From Candidatus Mediterraneibacter stercorigallinarum (GTDB lineage Bacteria; Bacillota; Clostridia; Lachnospirales; Lachnospiraceae): 39,235 nt of DNA. The stretch covers positions 1 to 39,235 of the forward strand of contig DXCD01000261.1 in NCBI GenBank assembly GCA_019116185.1. The letters are read 5' to 3'. Below, one piece after another: positions 8,496 through 18,129 of the stretch. The notes beneath the pieces are model-generated. The model was given only the letters and a program-made list of their open reading frames with translations, did not search any database and was not told the DNA's origin. Position 1 is the first letter of the stretch, and every line of letters starts with the position of its first letter. Both the position numbers and the translations under genes were made by a program.

Positions 8496-8537
8496 ACAGA
8501 GAAGTATCTGTGGAAAACACAGGCGCTTCTCTGTTTT
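8496..8537 (+). terminator. Rho-independent terminator
   Basis: ACAGAGAAGTATCTGTG / CACAGGCGCTTCTCTGT stem (with G-U pairs and one mismatch) followed by Ts. Confidence 0.7.
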
Positions 8538-8541
8538 AATT

Positions 8542-8579
8542 TGTGAACAGAATGTGAAGAGAGTGTGGATGCGTATAGT
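8542..8579 (+). promoter_or_regulatory. 11-bp-periodic direct repeats (TGTGAA, TGTGAA, TGTGGA) plus -10 TATAGT; likely OmpR-family activator site
   Basis: Repeats at 8542, 8553 and 8564. TATAGT at 8574-8579. No good -35 element. Confidence 0.5.
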
Positions 8580-8635
8580 GAAACAGTGCGAAATGTGATA
8601 AAATAGGAACATTAACGCAGAAGGGAGAGACATCT

Positions 8636-11600
8636 ATGCTTCAGATCAGAGACATCTGTAAAGAATACCGCACTGGGAATCTTGTACAGAAAGCTCTTGA
8701 TAAAGTAAGTTTGAACCTGAGAGATAATGAATTTGTCGCGATACTGGGACCCAGCGGCTCGGGAAAGACAACGCTTCTTAACATCATTGGCGGCCTGGAC
8801 CGCTATGACAGCGGGGATTTGATCATCAACGGGATCTCCACAAAGAAATATAAGGACAGAGACTGGGATTCCTACCGGAACCACACGATCGGTTTTGTCT
8901 TCCAGAGCTATAACCTGATTCCTCATCAGACGATCCTTGCAAATGTGGAACTGGCTCTGACCATCTCCGGCATCGGCAAGGCAGAGCGGAGAAAGCGGGC
9001 GCGGGAGGCGCTTGCGCAGGTGGGGCTGGGAGAGCAGGTGCACAAGAAGCCGAATCAGCTCTCCGGTGGACAGATGCAGAGGGTGGCGATCGCCAGGGCG
9101 CTGGTCAATGACCCGGATATCCTCCTTGCAGACGAACCCACAGGCGCGCTGGACAGCGCGACCAGCGTGCAGGTGATGGAACTGCTGAAAGAGGTGGCGA
9201 GAGACCGTCTGGTTGTAATGGTGACGCACAACCCGGAACTGGCTCAGGAGTATGCTACCCGCATTGTGAACTTGAAGGATGGAAAGATCATATCAGACAG
9301 CGATGCATTTGTGGTGCGCGAAGAGGAACTGGAAAAACCACGGCACAAAAATATGGGAAAGGCATCCATGTCATTTCTCACCGCGCTTTCCTTGAGTTTT
9401 AACAATCTGAGGACCAAGAAGGCGCGTACACTGCTGACTGCTTTTGCAGGTTCTATCGGCATTATCGGCATTGCTCTGATCCTGTCGCTTTCCACGGGCG
9501 TGAATGAGTATATCAAGGATATTGAAGAAGAGACTCTCTCAGAGTATCCGCTCCAGATCCAGAGTACGGGATTTGACTTCAGTTCCATTATGGTCAGTGA
9601 TGAATCTGCAGGAGGGGATATGTCGGAAGAACCCGGCGACATACAGGTAGTTGAGATGGTGACGGATATGTTCTCAACAATGGATTCCAATGACCTGGAG
9701 TCTCTGAAGAAATATCTGGAAAGCGGGGAGAGCGGGATCGAGGAATACACAAACGCAGTAGAATATTCCTACAATGTGGTTCCTCAGATTTACCGGGTAA
9801 ACGGGGACGGCGTGCGCCAGGTGCACCCGGACAAATCCTTTGATGCTCTCGGGCTCGGGTCCTCTGCCGGTTCGAACAGTATGATGTCCACCATGATGAG
9901 CACGGACGTGTTTTATGAGATGCCGGAAAATACAGAGCTTTATGAAGGACAGTACGATGTGAAAGCAGGGCGCTGGCCGGAAAATTATAATGAGTGTGTG
10001 CTTGTGCTCACCCCGGGCGGCAGTATCAGCGACCTCATGCTTTATACGATGGGACTGCGTGACTCCATGGAGCTGGATGAGATGATCCGGCAGTTTATTG
10101 ATGAAGAAAACGTGGAGACTCCGGGAGACATGGGGGATTACTCCTATGAGGATATCCTGGGGATCACATTCCGCCTTGTAAACAGCGCGGATTATTATGA
10201 ATATGACAGCCAGTATAAGGTGTGGAAAGACAAATCAGACGACGAAGCATATATGCGCCAGCTTGTACAGAACGGGGAAGAGCTCACGATCGTGGGCATT
10301 GTCCAGCCCGCGGAAGATGCCAATGCGTCCGCCCTCTCTGCGGGGATCGGGTATCCTGCGTCCCTCACAGAACATGTGGCAGAGCAGGCGGCGAAGGAAG
10401 AGATCGTAAAGCAGCAGCTGGCTGATTCTTCTGTCAATGTGTTTACCGGAGAGGCGTTCGGGGAGGACAGCGGGGAAGATGACTTTGACACGCAGTCTCT
10501 GATCACCGTGGATGAAGGTAAGCTCCGGGAGGCGCTGGGATTTGACGCCGATGCATTTTCCGGGCTGGGGAGTTCCCTGGATTTCTCGAATCTATTCGAT
10601 TCGGCGGGCGGTTCCATTGATCTGTCCGGTATGGTCGATTTGGGGAATGTGGCAGTTGACCTGCCGGAGATGCCGGCACTCAGCCTTGGAGATATCCTGG
10701 GCGACTTGGATGTGACAGTGACGCCGGGAGGAATGGAAAAGCTGGCCGCAAGCCTTCTGGAAGGGTATCAGGCATATGCCCAATCCCATCCCGAGGCGGA
10801 TTATTCCGGGCTGGGAGAAGCATTTCAGAAGTATCTCTCCACGCCGGAAGCGCAGGAGATCCTGCGGAATAATATCAGTGAGATCATTCAGTCCGGCGGA
10901 GGGATCACAGTGACCGCGGATGACCTGAAAGGCATGATCACGGAGATTATGAGCGGTTTTGGGCAGTATGCGGCGGATAAAGGTTATACAGACCCGGATG
11001 AATTTGACACGTATCTGCTGGAGTATCTTGAGACCGCGGAAGCACAGGAGATTCTGAACAGATGGGCAGGAGAGATCTTCGGGGGAATTGCGGATAATAT
11101 CACAATTACATCTGATCAGATCCGGAAGCTTGCTTCCGAGCTCGCCGCGGGATATCAGGCATATGCCGCGGCGGGCAACGGACCCGACCCGAGTAAAATG
11201 CCGGAGTATTTCCTCGCCTACCTCAGTACAGAGGACGGGCAGCAGAGGCTGACAGAAGGGCTTGCCGGCGTCGTGGATATAGACAGTCTGGGCCGTCAGA
11301 TATCCGCGGCGGTGGAATCCTACATGCAGAGTGCGATGTCCGCTTATGGCAGCGCGGCCGGGCAGGCGATTCAGAAGCAGATTTCATCCGCCATGCAGCA
11401 GGTGACGGGACAGCTCGTTTCCGGAATGGAAAACGCGATGAGACAGGCAATGGCCCAGGCGGGAAACAGCCTTCAGAACACATTTTCCGGCTCAATGAAT
11501 ATCGATGCAGAGGCATTTGCGGATGCGTTTCAGATGAATATGACGGGCGAGGAACTGGCGGAACTTATGATGTCCATGAACTCGGGAAACAGCGCCACAT

Positions 11601-12220
11601 ATGAGAGCAACCTGCAGAATCTCGGGTATGTGGACTTTGATACCCCCAGCGGTATTGATATCTATCCAAAGGACTTCGAGAGTAAAGAACAGGTCGTCAA
11701 TATCCTGAATGAATATAACAGCCGTATGGAGGCGGAAGGAAAAGAAGAGCAGGTCATCACCTACACGGACGTGGTAGGGGCGTTGATGTCATCTGTGACG
11801 GATATTATTGACATCATCAGTTATGTGTTGATCGCGTTTGTGGCGATTTCTCTTGTCGTATCTTCGATTATGATCGGGGTCATCACGTACATCAGTGTTC
11901 TGGAGAGGCAGAAGGAGATTGGTATCCTGCGTGCCATCGGAGCATCGAAAGGGAATATTTCGCAAGTGTTCAATGCAGAGACATTTATTATCGGGCTGTG
12001 CGCCGGGCTGATCGGCATCGGGCTGTCGCTTCTGGCCCTGATACCCGGAAATATGCTGATTCACTACCTGGCAGGGACGAACGAGGTGAGCGCCGTGCTC
12101 CCTGCTGCCCCGGCGGTGATCCTCATTCTTTTGAGCATTGTACTGACCTTGATTGGAGGCATTATACCGTCGCGGAAAGCTGCGAAGAGCGATCCCGTGA
12201 CAGCTCTGAGGACAGAGTAA
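8636..12220 (+). CDS. MacB/FtsX-type ABC transporter, fused ATPase-permease with very large extracellular domain
   Basis: [35 protein letters not shown] and VTHN motifs. One TM, a ~770-aa loop, then an FtsX C-terminus ([17 protein letters not shown] ... DPVTALRTE). Confidence 0.93.
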   Translation: MLQIRDICKEYRTGNLVQKALDKVSLNLRDNEFVAILGPSGSGKTTLLNIIGGLDRYDSGDLIINGISTKKYKDRDWDSYRNHTIGFVFQSYNLIPHQTILANVELALTISGIGKAERRKRAREALAQVGLGEQVHKKPNQLSGGQMQRVAIARALVNDPDILLADEPTGALDSATSVQVMELLKEVARDRLVVMVTHNPELAQEYATRIVNLKDGKIISDSDAFVVREEELEKPRHKNMGKASMSFLTALSLSFNNLRTKKARTLLTAFAGSIGIIGIALILSLSTGVNEYIKDIEEETLSEYPLQIQSTGFDFSSIMVSDESAGGDMSEEPGDIQVVEMVTDMFSTMDSNDLESLKKYLESGESGIEEYTNAVEYSYNVVPQIYRVNGDGVRQVHPDKSFDALGLGSSAGSNSMMSTMMSTDVFYEMPENTELYEGQYDVKAGRWPENYNECVLVLTPGGSISDLMLYTMGLRDSMELDEMIRQFIDEENVETPGDMGDYSYEDILGITFRLVNSADYYEYDSQYKVWKDKSDDEAYMRQLVQNGEELTIVGIVQPAEDANASALSAGIGYPASLTEHVAEQAAKEEIVKQQLADSSVNVFTGEAFGEDSGEDDFDTQSLITVDEGKLREALGFDADAFSGLGSSLDFSNLFDSAGGSIDLSGMVDLGNVAVDLPEMPALSLGDILGDLDVTVTPGGMEKLAASLLEGYQAYAQSHPEADYSGLGEAFQKYLSTPEAQEILRNNISEIIQSGGGITVTADDLKGMITEIMSGFGQYAADKGYTDPDEFDTYLLEYLETAEAQEILNRWAGEIFGGIADNITITSDQIRKLASELAAGYQAYAAAGNGPDPSKMPEYFLAYLSTEDGQQRLTEGLAGVVDIDSLGRQISAAVESYMQSAMSAYGSAAGQAIQKQISSAMQQVTGQLVSGMENAMRQAMAQAGNSLQNTFSGSMNIDAEAFADAFQMNMTGEELAELMMSMNSGNSATYESNLQNLGYVDFDTPSGIDIYPKDFESKEQVVNILNEYNSRMEAEGKEEQVITYTDVVGALMSSVTDIIDIISYVLIAFVAISLVVSSIMIGVITYISVLERQKEIGILRAIGASKGNISQVFNAETFIIGLCAGLIGIGLSLLALIPGNMLIHYLAGTNEVSAVLPAAPAVILILLSIVLTLIGGIIPSRKAAKSDPVTALRTE
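10709..11280 (+). repeat. Three ~64-65-aa tandem helical repeats within the ABC transporter
   Basis: xTVT..L...L..GYQAYA....D......F..YL.T.EAQ.IL pattern occurs three times. Identical 15-mer TATCAGGCATATGCC at 10766 and 11153 (387 nt apart). Confidence 0.85.
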
Positions 12221-12292
12221 GCCGGCTGATGGGATATCAGGTGAAGTGATATCGGAGAGACGCTTAACTATAAGGAAATGGAGGGGAAAAGG

Positions 12293-13237
12293 ATGGAGAA
12301 TCTGATCTTCAGCCTGAACGCCACTGTCCCTGTCTTTCTCATGATGGTGCTGGGACTGGTGTTCCGAAAACTCGGCTGGATCGATGATGTGTTTGCGTCA
12401 AAAATGAATAAATTCGTATTTTTGGTGCCCCTGCCGGTCCTTGTCTTTGAAGATCTGGCGACTGTGGATTTTTCAGAAGTATGGAATCTGAAATTTGTCC
12501 TGTTCTGCTTTGCGGCGACCCTGGCAAGTATCGGGATCGCGGCTGCGGTCTCCCTCCTGTGGAAAGATAAGTCCATTCAGGGCGAGTTCATCCAGGCATC
12601 CTACCGGAGCAGCGCGGCTCTTCTGGGGATTGCCTTTATCCAGAACATATACGGGGACGCCGGGATGGCGCCCCTCATGATCATCGGGAGCGTGCCTCTC
12701 TATAATGTGATGGCGGTGGTGGTGCTCGCCTTCTTCAAGCCGGAACGGAGGCATTTGGATAAGGCTGTATGGAAGGCGACATTCAAAGGGATCGTGACCA
12801 ACCCGATCATTATCGGTATCGCCGCCGGGCTTGTCTGGTCCGCCCTGAAGATCCCTATGCCGTCCATTATGGAAAAGACCGTCTCCAATATAAGCGCTGT
12901 GGCGACTCCCCTGGGGCTGATGGCGATGGGCGCCACGTTTGACATCCGCAAAGCCTTTGCAAAGGCAAAACCTGCGGCCGTGGCAGCGGCCATGAAGCTT
13001 GCAGGATTTGCGGCGGTCTTTCTTCCCCTGGCGGTCATGCTGGGATTCCGGAGGGAAGAGCTTGTGGCGATCCTTGTAATGCTGGGATCAGCTACTACGG
13101 TTAGCTGCTTTGTCATGGCGAAGAATATGGGACATGAAGGCGTGCTTACTTCCAGCGTGGTCATGCTCACCACATTGTTCAGCGCGTTCACTCTGACAGG
13201 GTGGCTGTATGTGCTGAGAAGCATGGGGATGGTGTAG
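12293..13237 (+). CDS. AEC (auxin efflux carrier / malate permease) family transporter
   Basis: About ten TM segments with FIQASYRSS, IVTNPIII, ATPLGLMAMGA and FVMAKNMG motifs. Start placed at ATG 12293. Confidence 0.88.
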   Translation: MENLIFSLNATVPVFLMMVLGLVFRKLGWIDDVFASKMNKFVFLVPLPVLVFEDLATVDFSEVWNLKFVLFCFAATLASIGIAAAVSLLWKDKSIQGEFIQASYRSSAALLGIAFIQNIYGDAGMAPLMIIGSVPLYNVMAVVVLAFFKPERRHLDKAVWKATFKGIVTNPIIIGIAAGLVWSALKIPMPSIMEKTVSNISAVATPLGLMAMGATFDIRKAFAKAKPAAVAAAMKLAGFAAVFLPLAVMLGFRREELVAILVMLGSATTVSCFVMAKNMGHEGVLTSSVVMLTTLFSAFTLTGWLYVLRSMGMV

Positions 13238-13244
13238 AAAAACG

Positions 13245-13285
13245 GAGTGCCGCAAAATTATCAAACTGATAATTTTGCGGCACTC
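13245..13285 (+). terminator. Long perfect hairpin / terminator after the AEC transporter
   Basis: 19-bp perfect inverted repeat GAGTGCCGCAAAATTATCA / TGATAATTTTGCGGCACTC with 3-nt loop. Confidence 0.75.
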
Positions 13286-13342
13286 TGCTTCTTCCAACAC
13301 ATCAAGATAAAAAGACGGCCTGAATTCATCTGTAAACAACAG

Positions 13343-13371
13343 TGGAATAAAACAAGAAAAGATGCTATAAT
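13343..13371 (+). promoter_or_regulatory. Putative sigmaA promoter of gdpP-rplI-dnaB
   Basis: TGGAAT-17 nt-TATAAT with extended TGn (TGCTATAAT). Confidence 0.6.
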
Positions 13372-13464
13372 AAGACAGTATAGCGAAAAACAGAGAGTGT
13401 TTTTTTAGTTCTGCATTGTGCATATCTGCGGAGACCCGGCAGATATGGATGAGGTGAAACCATT

Positions 13465-15513
13465 ATGAAAAAGAAAAAAGGCATGCGCTTAAAAGGCCAG
13501 CTCAGGATGTATATGAACTGGCCGCTCATTATGACGGTCCTGCTGGCGGCCATGAATATATGGCTCTATATGATCGACAAAAAAGCAGGATTAATGATGT
13601 CTGTATTTATCCTGGTCTATCTGGCCATTGCGGGAGGTCTTTATTTCTACAACCGCTCCCTGATCCTGGCTGATCTGATCCAATTCTCGGCACAGTATAA
13701 GGGGATCGAGCACACCCTGCTCAAAGAGCTTGCCGTGCCCTATGCGATCGCGCTGGAAGACGGGCGCATCCTCTGGGGCAATGACGCTTTTACTGCCCTG
13801 ACGGCGGGGCTGAGGAAGGAGAAGTATCTGAACCGGATGATTCCGGAGCTGCATCCGGGAGTTTTCCCGAAGAAGGATCTGGATCATTCGGAGATGGAAG
13901 TGACTTATAAGGACAGGGATTATCTGGTGGAACTGCGCCGTGTGTCCCTGGAAGGCTTCAGCCAGAAGGAAGAGCTTCTGCAGATTCCGGAGGACGAAGA
14001 GTTCTTTGTGGCCGTATCCATGCAGGATGTGACGGAGCTGAACGCATACATCCGCGAAAATGAAGACCAGAGGATGATCGCCGGATTGATCTATATTGAC
14101 AATTTTGACGAAGTCATGGAGAGTGTCGAGGAGGTGCGCCAGTCGCTCCTTGTGGCATTGATTGACAGAAAGATCAACAAGTATATCGGCGATGTGGACG
14201 GTATCGTCAAAAAGATGGAGAAGGACAAGTATTTTATTGTCCTTAAAAAAGAAAGTTATAAAAAGATCGCAGAGGACAAGTTTTCTCTGCTGGAAGAGGT
14301 CAAGCAGGTCAATATCGGAAATGCCCGTTCTGCTACATTGAGCATCGGGCTCGGTCTGAATACCGCGACGTATGCCCTGAGCTACCAGTATGCCCGCGTG
14401 GCGATCGATCTTGCGCTTGCCAGAGGAGGGGACCAGGCGGTTATCAAGGACTGCAACGGCATCTCTTATTTTGGCGGGAAAAAGGAGCAGACCGCGAAGA
14501 ATACCCGTGTAAAAGCCCGCGTCAAGGCAGAGGCGCTGCGTGAGTTTGTTGTCACGAAGGATCAGGTCATGATCATGGGACATAAGATCGCGGACCCGGA
14601 TTCTTTCGGCGCGTGCATGGGAATTTACAGAGCGGTAGTGAGCCTGGAAAAGAAGGCGCATATTATCATAAATACGGTGACAGAATCCGTGCGCCATCTG
14701 TACGATGAGATCGCAGAGAGCCCGGCGTATGAGGATGATATTTTCCTTACGTCGGACCAGGCGCTGGATTATTTTACGGACAATACGATGGTTGTCGTTG
14801 TGGACACGAACAAGACGCAGATGACAGAATGCCCGGAACTGCTCAGGCGGTCCCGCATGACCGCGGTTCTGGACCACCACCGTCAGAGCAGCAATGTCAT
14901 AGAAAATGCTGTCCTGTCTTATGTGGAGCCGTATTCTTCGTCTGCTTGTGAAATGGTGGCTGAGGTGCTCCAGTATATTGCGGATGACATTAAGATTCCG
15001 TCAGTGGAAGCAGACTGTCTGTATGCGGGAATCATGATCGATACAAGGAACTTCATGAACCGTACCGGAGTGAGGACTTTTGAAGCGGCTGCATTCTTAA
15101 GGCGGTGCGGCGCGGATATTACCCGCGTGCGCAAGATGTTCCGCGATGATATGGCATCCTACCGCGCAAAAGCAGAAGCTATGCGCAAAGCAGAGGTCTA
15201 TCGGAAGGAATATGCCATCGCTGAGTGTCCGAGCGATATAGAGAGCCCTACAGTGCTGGCGGCCCAGACAGCGAATGAGCTGCTGGATATCAGCGGGATC
15301 AAGGCATCTTTCGTGCTGACAGTCTATGAGGGAAAGATATATTTAAGCGCCCGCTCTATTGATGAAGTGAATGTGCAGATTATTGCCGAGAAATTAGGCG
15401 GCGGGGGACATATCAACTCGGCGGGAGCGCAGTTCGACCATACCAATATACAGGAAGTGATCAGCGTGCTGAAAGAAACAATAGACGATATGATCGAGGA
15501 AGGAGATATTTAG
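13465..15513 (+). CDS. gdpP: Cyclic-di-AMP phosphodiesterase (2 TM, PAS-like, degenerate GGDEF, DHH/DHHA1)
   Basis: [12 protein letters not shown]...DPDS, VVVDT, LDHHR and LGGGGH motifs. Canonical position upstream of rplI-dnaB. Confidence 0.93.
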   Translation: MKKKKGMRLKGQLRMYMNWPLIMTVLLAAMNIWLYMIDKKAGLMMSVFILVYLAIAGGLYFYNRSLILADLIQFSAQYKGIEHTLLKELAVPYAIALEDGRILWGNDAFTALTAGLRKEKYLNRMIPELHPGVFPKKDLDHSEMEVTYKDRDYLVELRRVSLEGFSQKEELLQIPEDEEFFVAVSMQDVTELNAYIRENEDQRMIAGLIYIDNFDEVMESVEEVRQSLLVALIDRKINKYIGDVDGIVKKMEKDKYFIVLKKESYKKIAEDKFSLLEEVKQVNIGNARSATLSIGLGLNTATYALSYQYARVAIDLALARGGDQAVIKDCNGISYFGGKKEQTAKNTRVKARVKAEALREFVVTKDQVMIMGHKIADPDSFGACMGIYRAVVSLEKKAHIIINTVTESVRHLYDEIAESPAYEDDIFLTSDQALDYFTDNTMVVVVDTNKTQMTECPELLRRSRMTAVLDHHRQSSNVIENAVLSYVEPYSSSACEMVAEVLQYIADDIKIPSVEADCLYAGIMIDTRNFMNRTGVRTFEAAAFLRRCGADITRVRKMFRDDMASYRAKAEAMRKAEVYRKEYAIAECPSDIESPTVLAAQTANELLDISGIKASFVLTVYEGKIYLSARSIDEVNVQIIAEKLGGGGHINSAGAQFDHTNIQEVISVLKETIDDMIEEGDI

Positions 15514-15515
15514 AT

Positions 15516-15965
15516 ATGAAGGTTATTTTATTACAGGATGTAAAATCTCTCGGAAAGAAGGGTGAGATTGTAAATGTAAATGACGGATATGCAAGGAATT
15601 TTATCCTGCCGAAAAAGTTCGGCGTGGAGGCAACAGGAAAGAATCTCAATGACCTGAAGCTTCAGAAGAACAATGAGAAGAAAGTAGCGCAGGAGAACCT
15701 GGAGGCAGCAAAGAAGCTTGCGGCGGAGCTTGCAGAGGGACAGGTAGAGTTATCCATCAAAGTAGGCGAGGGCGGAAGAGCGTTCGGATCGGTATCCAGC
15801 AAAGAGATCGCTGCCGCGGTCAAAGAGCAGATGAATCTTGAAGTGGATAAGAAAAAGATCCAGCTCAAAGAGGCCATCAAGTCTCTGGGTACTCACATGG
15901 TTGCTGTTAAGCTTCATCCGGAAGTGACAGCAGAGCTGAAAGTGGTTGTAAAGGAAGAAGAATAA
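15516..15965 (+). CDS. rplI: 50S ribosomal protein L9
   Basis: [33 protein letters not shown] signature. Confidence 0.98.
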   Translation: MKVILLQDVKSLGKKGEIVNVNDGYARNFILPKKFGVEATGKNLNDLKLQKNNEKKVAQENLEAAKKLAAELAEGQVELSIKVGEGGRAFGSVSSKEIAAAVKEQMNLEVDKKKIQLKEAIKSLGTHMVAVKLHPEVTAELKVVVKEEE

Positions 15966-15993
15966 AAGGGAGAAGCATAAGGAGATATTCTTC

Positions 15994-17337
15994 ATGGATA
16001 TAGAAGCGGCAATGAAACGGATACCGCCCCACAGCATTGAAGCAGAGCAGGCCGTGCTGGGGGCGATGCTTATGAATAAGGATGCTGTCATGGTGGCGTC
16101 GGAGATGCTCACGGGCGATGATTTCTACCAGACAGCATATGGGATCCTGTTCGATGCTGTGGTGGAGCTTTTTAAAGAAGGGCGGCCGGTGGACCTGATC
16201 ACTCTGCAGGAGCATCTGAAATCAAAGGATGTCCCGCCGGAGATCAGCAGCATGGAATTTGCCAGGGAGCTTCTTGCAGGGACGCAGACATCCGCGAATA
16301 TTAAATATTATGCGGAGATTGTAAAGGATAAGGCGATCCTGCGGAGACTGATCAAGATCAACGAAGAGATCGCCAACGCCTGCTATCTTGAGAACCGTCC
16401 GATTGAGGAAATACTGGATCAGACAGAGAAGCAGGTGTTTGAGCTGGTAGAACACGGTAATTCCCAGGAATACGTACCCATCCGCCAGGTCGTGCTCAAC
16501 GCGCTTGACGTAATCGAGAAGGCTTCAAAGACAAAGGGAACTGTAACAGGCATCCCTACCGGGTTTATTGATCTTGATTATAAACTTTCCGGGCTTCAGC
16601 GCTCGGACCTGGTGCTCATCGCAGCCCGTCCGTCAATGGGAAAGACGGCGTTCGTGCTCAATATTGCTCAGCATGTGGCTTTCCGCCAGAATCTGGCGGT
16701 GGCGATCTTCAGTCTTGAGATGTCCAAGGAACAGCTCGTGAACCGTCTGTTCTCTCTGGAATCCCATGTGGATGCCCAGGTATTAAGGACTGGTACTCTG
16801 TCAGATACAGACTGGGAGAAACTGATCGAAGGCGCGGGGACAATCGGAAATTCAAGGATGATCATCGATGACACATCCGGCATTTCTATTTCCGAGATGC
16901 GGTCCAAATGCAGGAAATATAAGCTGGAGCAGGGGCTTGACCTGATTATCATCGACTACCTCCAGCTCATGAGCGGGAGCGGCGGCAGGAAGAATGAGAG
17001 CCGTCAGCAGGAAATTTCAGAGATATCCCGTTCGCTTAAGGGGCTTGCGCGTGAACTGAACGTGCCGGTCATCGCGCTGTCGCAGCTCAGCCGTGCCGTG
17101 GAGCAGAGAACGGACAAGCGGCCCATGCTCTCAGACCTCCGTGAGTCCGGAGCCATCGAGCAGGATGCGGACGTGTGTATGTTTATATACAGGGATGATT
17201 ATTATAATCCTGATACGGAAGATAAGAACATAGCGGAAATCATCATCGCAAAGCAGAGAAACGGTCCTATCGGGACCGTGCGCCTTGCGTGGATGCCGCA
17301 GTACACACGCTTCGGGAATGAACTGCGGCAGCAGTAG
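15994..17337 (+). CDS. dnaB: Replicative DNA helicase
   Basis: PPHSIEAEQAVLG, AARPSMGKT, IIIDYLQLM, LSQLSR, SDLRESGAIEQDAD and KQRNGPIG motifs. Confidence 0.98.
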   Translation: MDIEAAMKRIPPHSIEAEQAVLGAMLMNKDAVMVASEMLTGDDFYQTAYGILFDAVVELFKEGRPVDLITLQEHLKSKDVPPEISSMEFARELLAGTQTSANIKYYAEIVKDKAILRRLIKINEEIANACYLENRPIEEILDQTEKQVFELVEHGNSQEYVPIRQVVLNALDVIEKASKTKGTVTGIPTGFIDLDYKLSGLQRSDLVLIAARPSMGKTAFVLNIAQHVAFRQNLAVAIFSLEMSKEQLVNRLFSLESHVDAQVLRTGTLSDTDWEKLIEGAGTIGNSRMIIDDTSGISISEMRSKCRKYKLEQGLDLIIIDYLQLMSGSGGRKNESRQQEISEISRSLKGLARELNVPVIALSQLSRAVEQRTDKRPMLSDLRESGAIEQDADVCMFIYRDDYYNPDTEDKNIAEIIIAKQRNGPIGTVRLAWMPQYTRFGNELRQQ

Positions 17338-17343
17338 AGGCGT

Positions 17344-17973
17344 TTATGTAAAGATTTTTCTCAATTTCATGATAGCGCCGCCTTTGGCAGATTCTTTTCT
17401 TGCTGTCTGCTGCTGGCGGATCAGGGAGTCCAGCCTGCGGAAATGCTCTTCCTGCTGGCGCTCCTTAGCCTGGAGAAGGAAATCCATCTCATGCATGACA
17501 TCAGCGGTCACAGTGCTGCTGATGTCTTTTTTTAATACATCATTATTCTCGCTGAGGGCTTCGCGGAAGACATCGCCTACAAGAGCACGCATCTGCTCTA
17601 TATTTTTCAGAGGGATCATAACGTCTCCTGATTCAGAGGCAGGCTGTATGGAAGGAGCAGATACGGCAGCAGAGACCGGCACAGCAGCCGGAGTCTTGCT
17701 GTGATCAGGAGACGGTTCGCCGCCGGACTTCATCTTTTGCCGGGTTTCTTTGAGCTCCGGGATCAGAGGCTTTAATTCTCGCAGCAGCATTCCTTCATCT
17801 TTAAGTTTTTTAATACAGCGGAAAAGCTGAATGTCGTCATTGGTATAATATCGATGGCCCATTTCCGTGCGCCCGATTGTCAGACCGAGTTCTTCTTCCC
17901 AATATCTCAAGACATGGGATTCAACATCTACCTGTTTCGCGGCTTCGGAAATCATAAATCTGACCTCGCCCAT
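17344..17973 (-). CDS. MerR-type HTH protein with low-complexity linker and C-terminal coiled coil (RacA-like architecture)
   Basis: ISEAAKQVDVESHVLRYWEEEL..IGRTEMGHRYYTNDDI winged HTH, Pro/Ala/Ser linker, coiled coil and basic-hydrophobic tail. AAGGAGG RBS. Confidence 0.85.
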   Translation of the reverse strand: MGEVRFMISEAAKQVDVESHVLRYWEEELGLTIGRTEMGHRYYTNDDIQLFRCIKKLKDEGMLLRELKPLIPELKETRQKMKSGGEPSPDHSKTPAAVPVSAAVSAPSIQPASESGDVMIPLKNIEQMRALVGDVFREALSENNDVLKKDISSTVTADVMHEMDFLLQAKERQQEEHFRRLDSLIRQQQTARKESAKGGAIMKLRKIFT

Positions 17974-18064
17974 TAATATTTATACCTCCTTATTCTGATC
18001 TGCTGATCTTTAAGCAGGACATGTCACAGCTGAGCCGTGTCAGGGCTGTCCCGACTTTATGGAT

Positions 18065-18119
18065 ATTATAGCACACAGAGAATCAGGATAAGGAAACAAT
18101 CGTTCGTGAAGTTACGACA
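18065..18119 (-). promoter_or_regulatory. Extended -10 promoter with tandem Spo0A-box-like sites
   Basis: On the minus strand: TGCTATAAT (18073-18065), no -35 at 17 nt, and TGTCGTA (18119-18113) and TCACGAA (18109-18103) 10 bp apart, each one mismatch from TGNCGAA. Confidence 0.4.
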
Positions 18120-18129
18120 AATAGGGATG

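Noticed and set aside
13591-14880. 429-aa minus-strand ORF
   Set aside because: Antisense shadow of gdpP.
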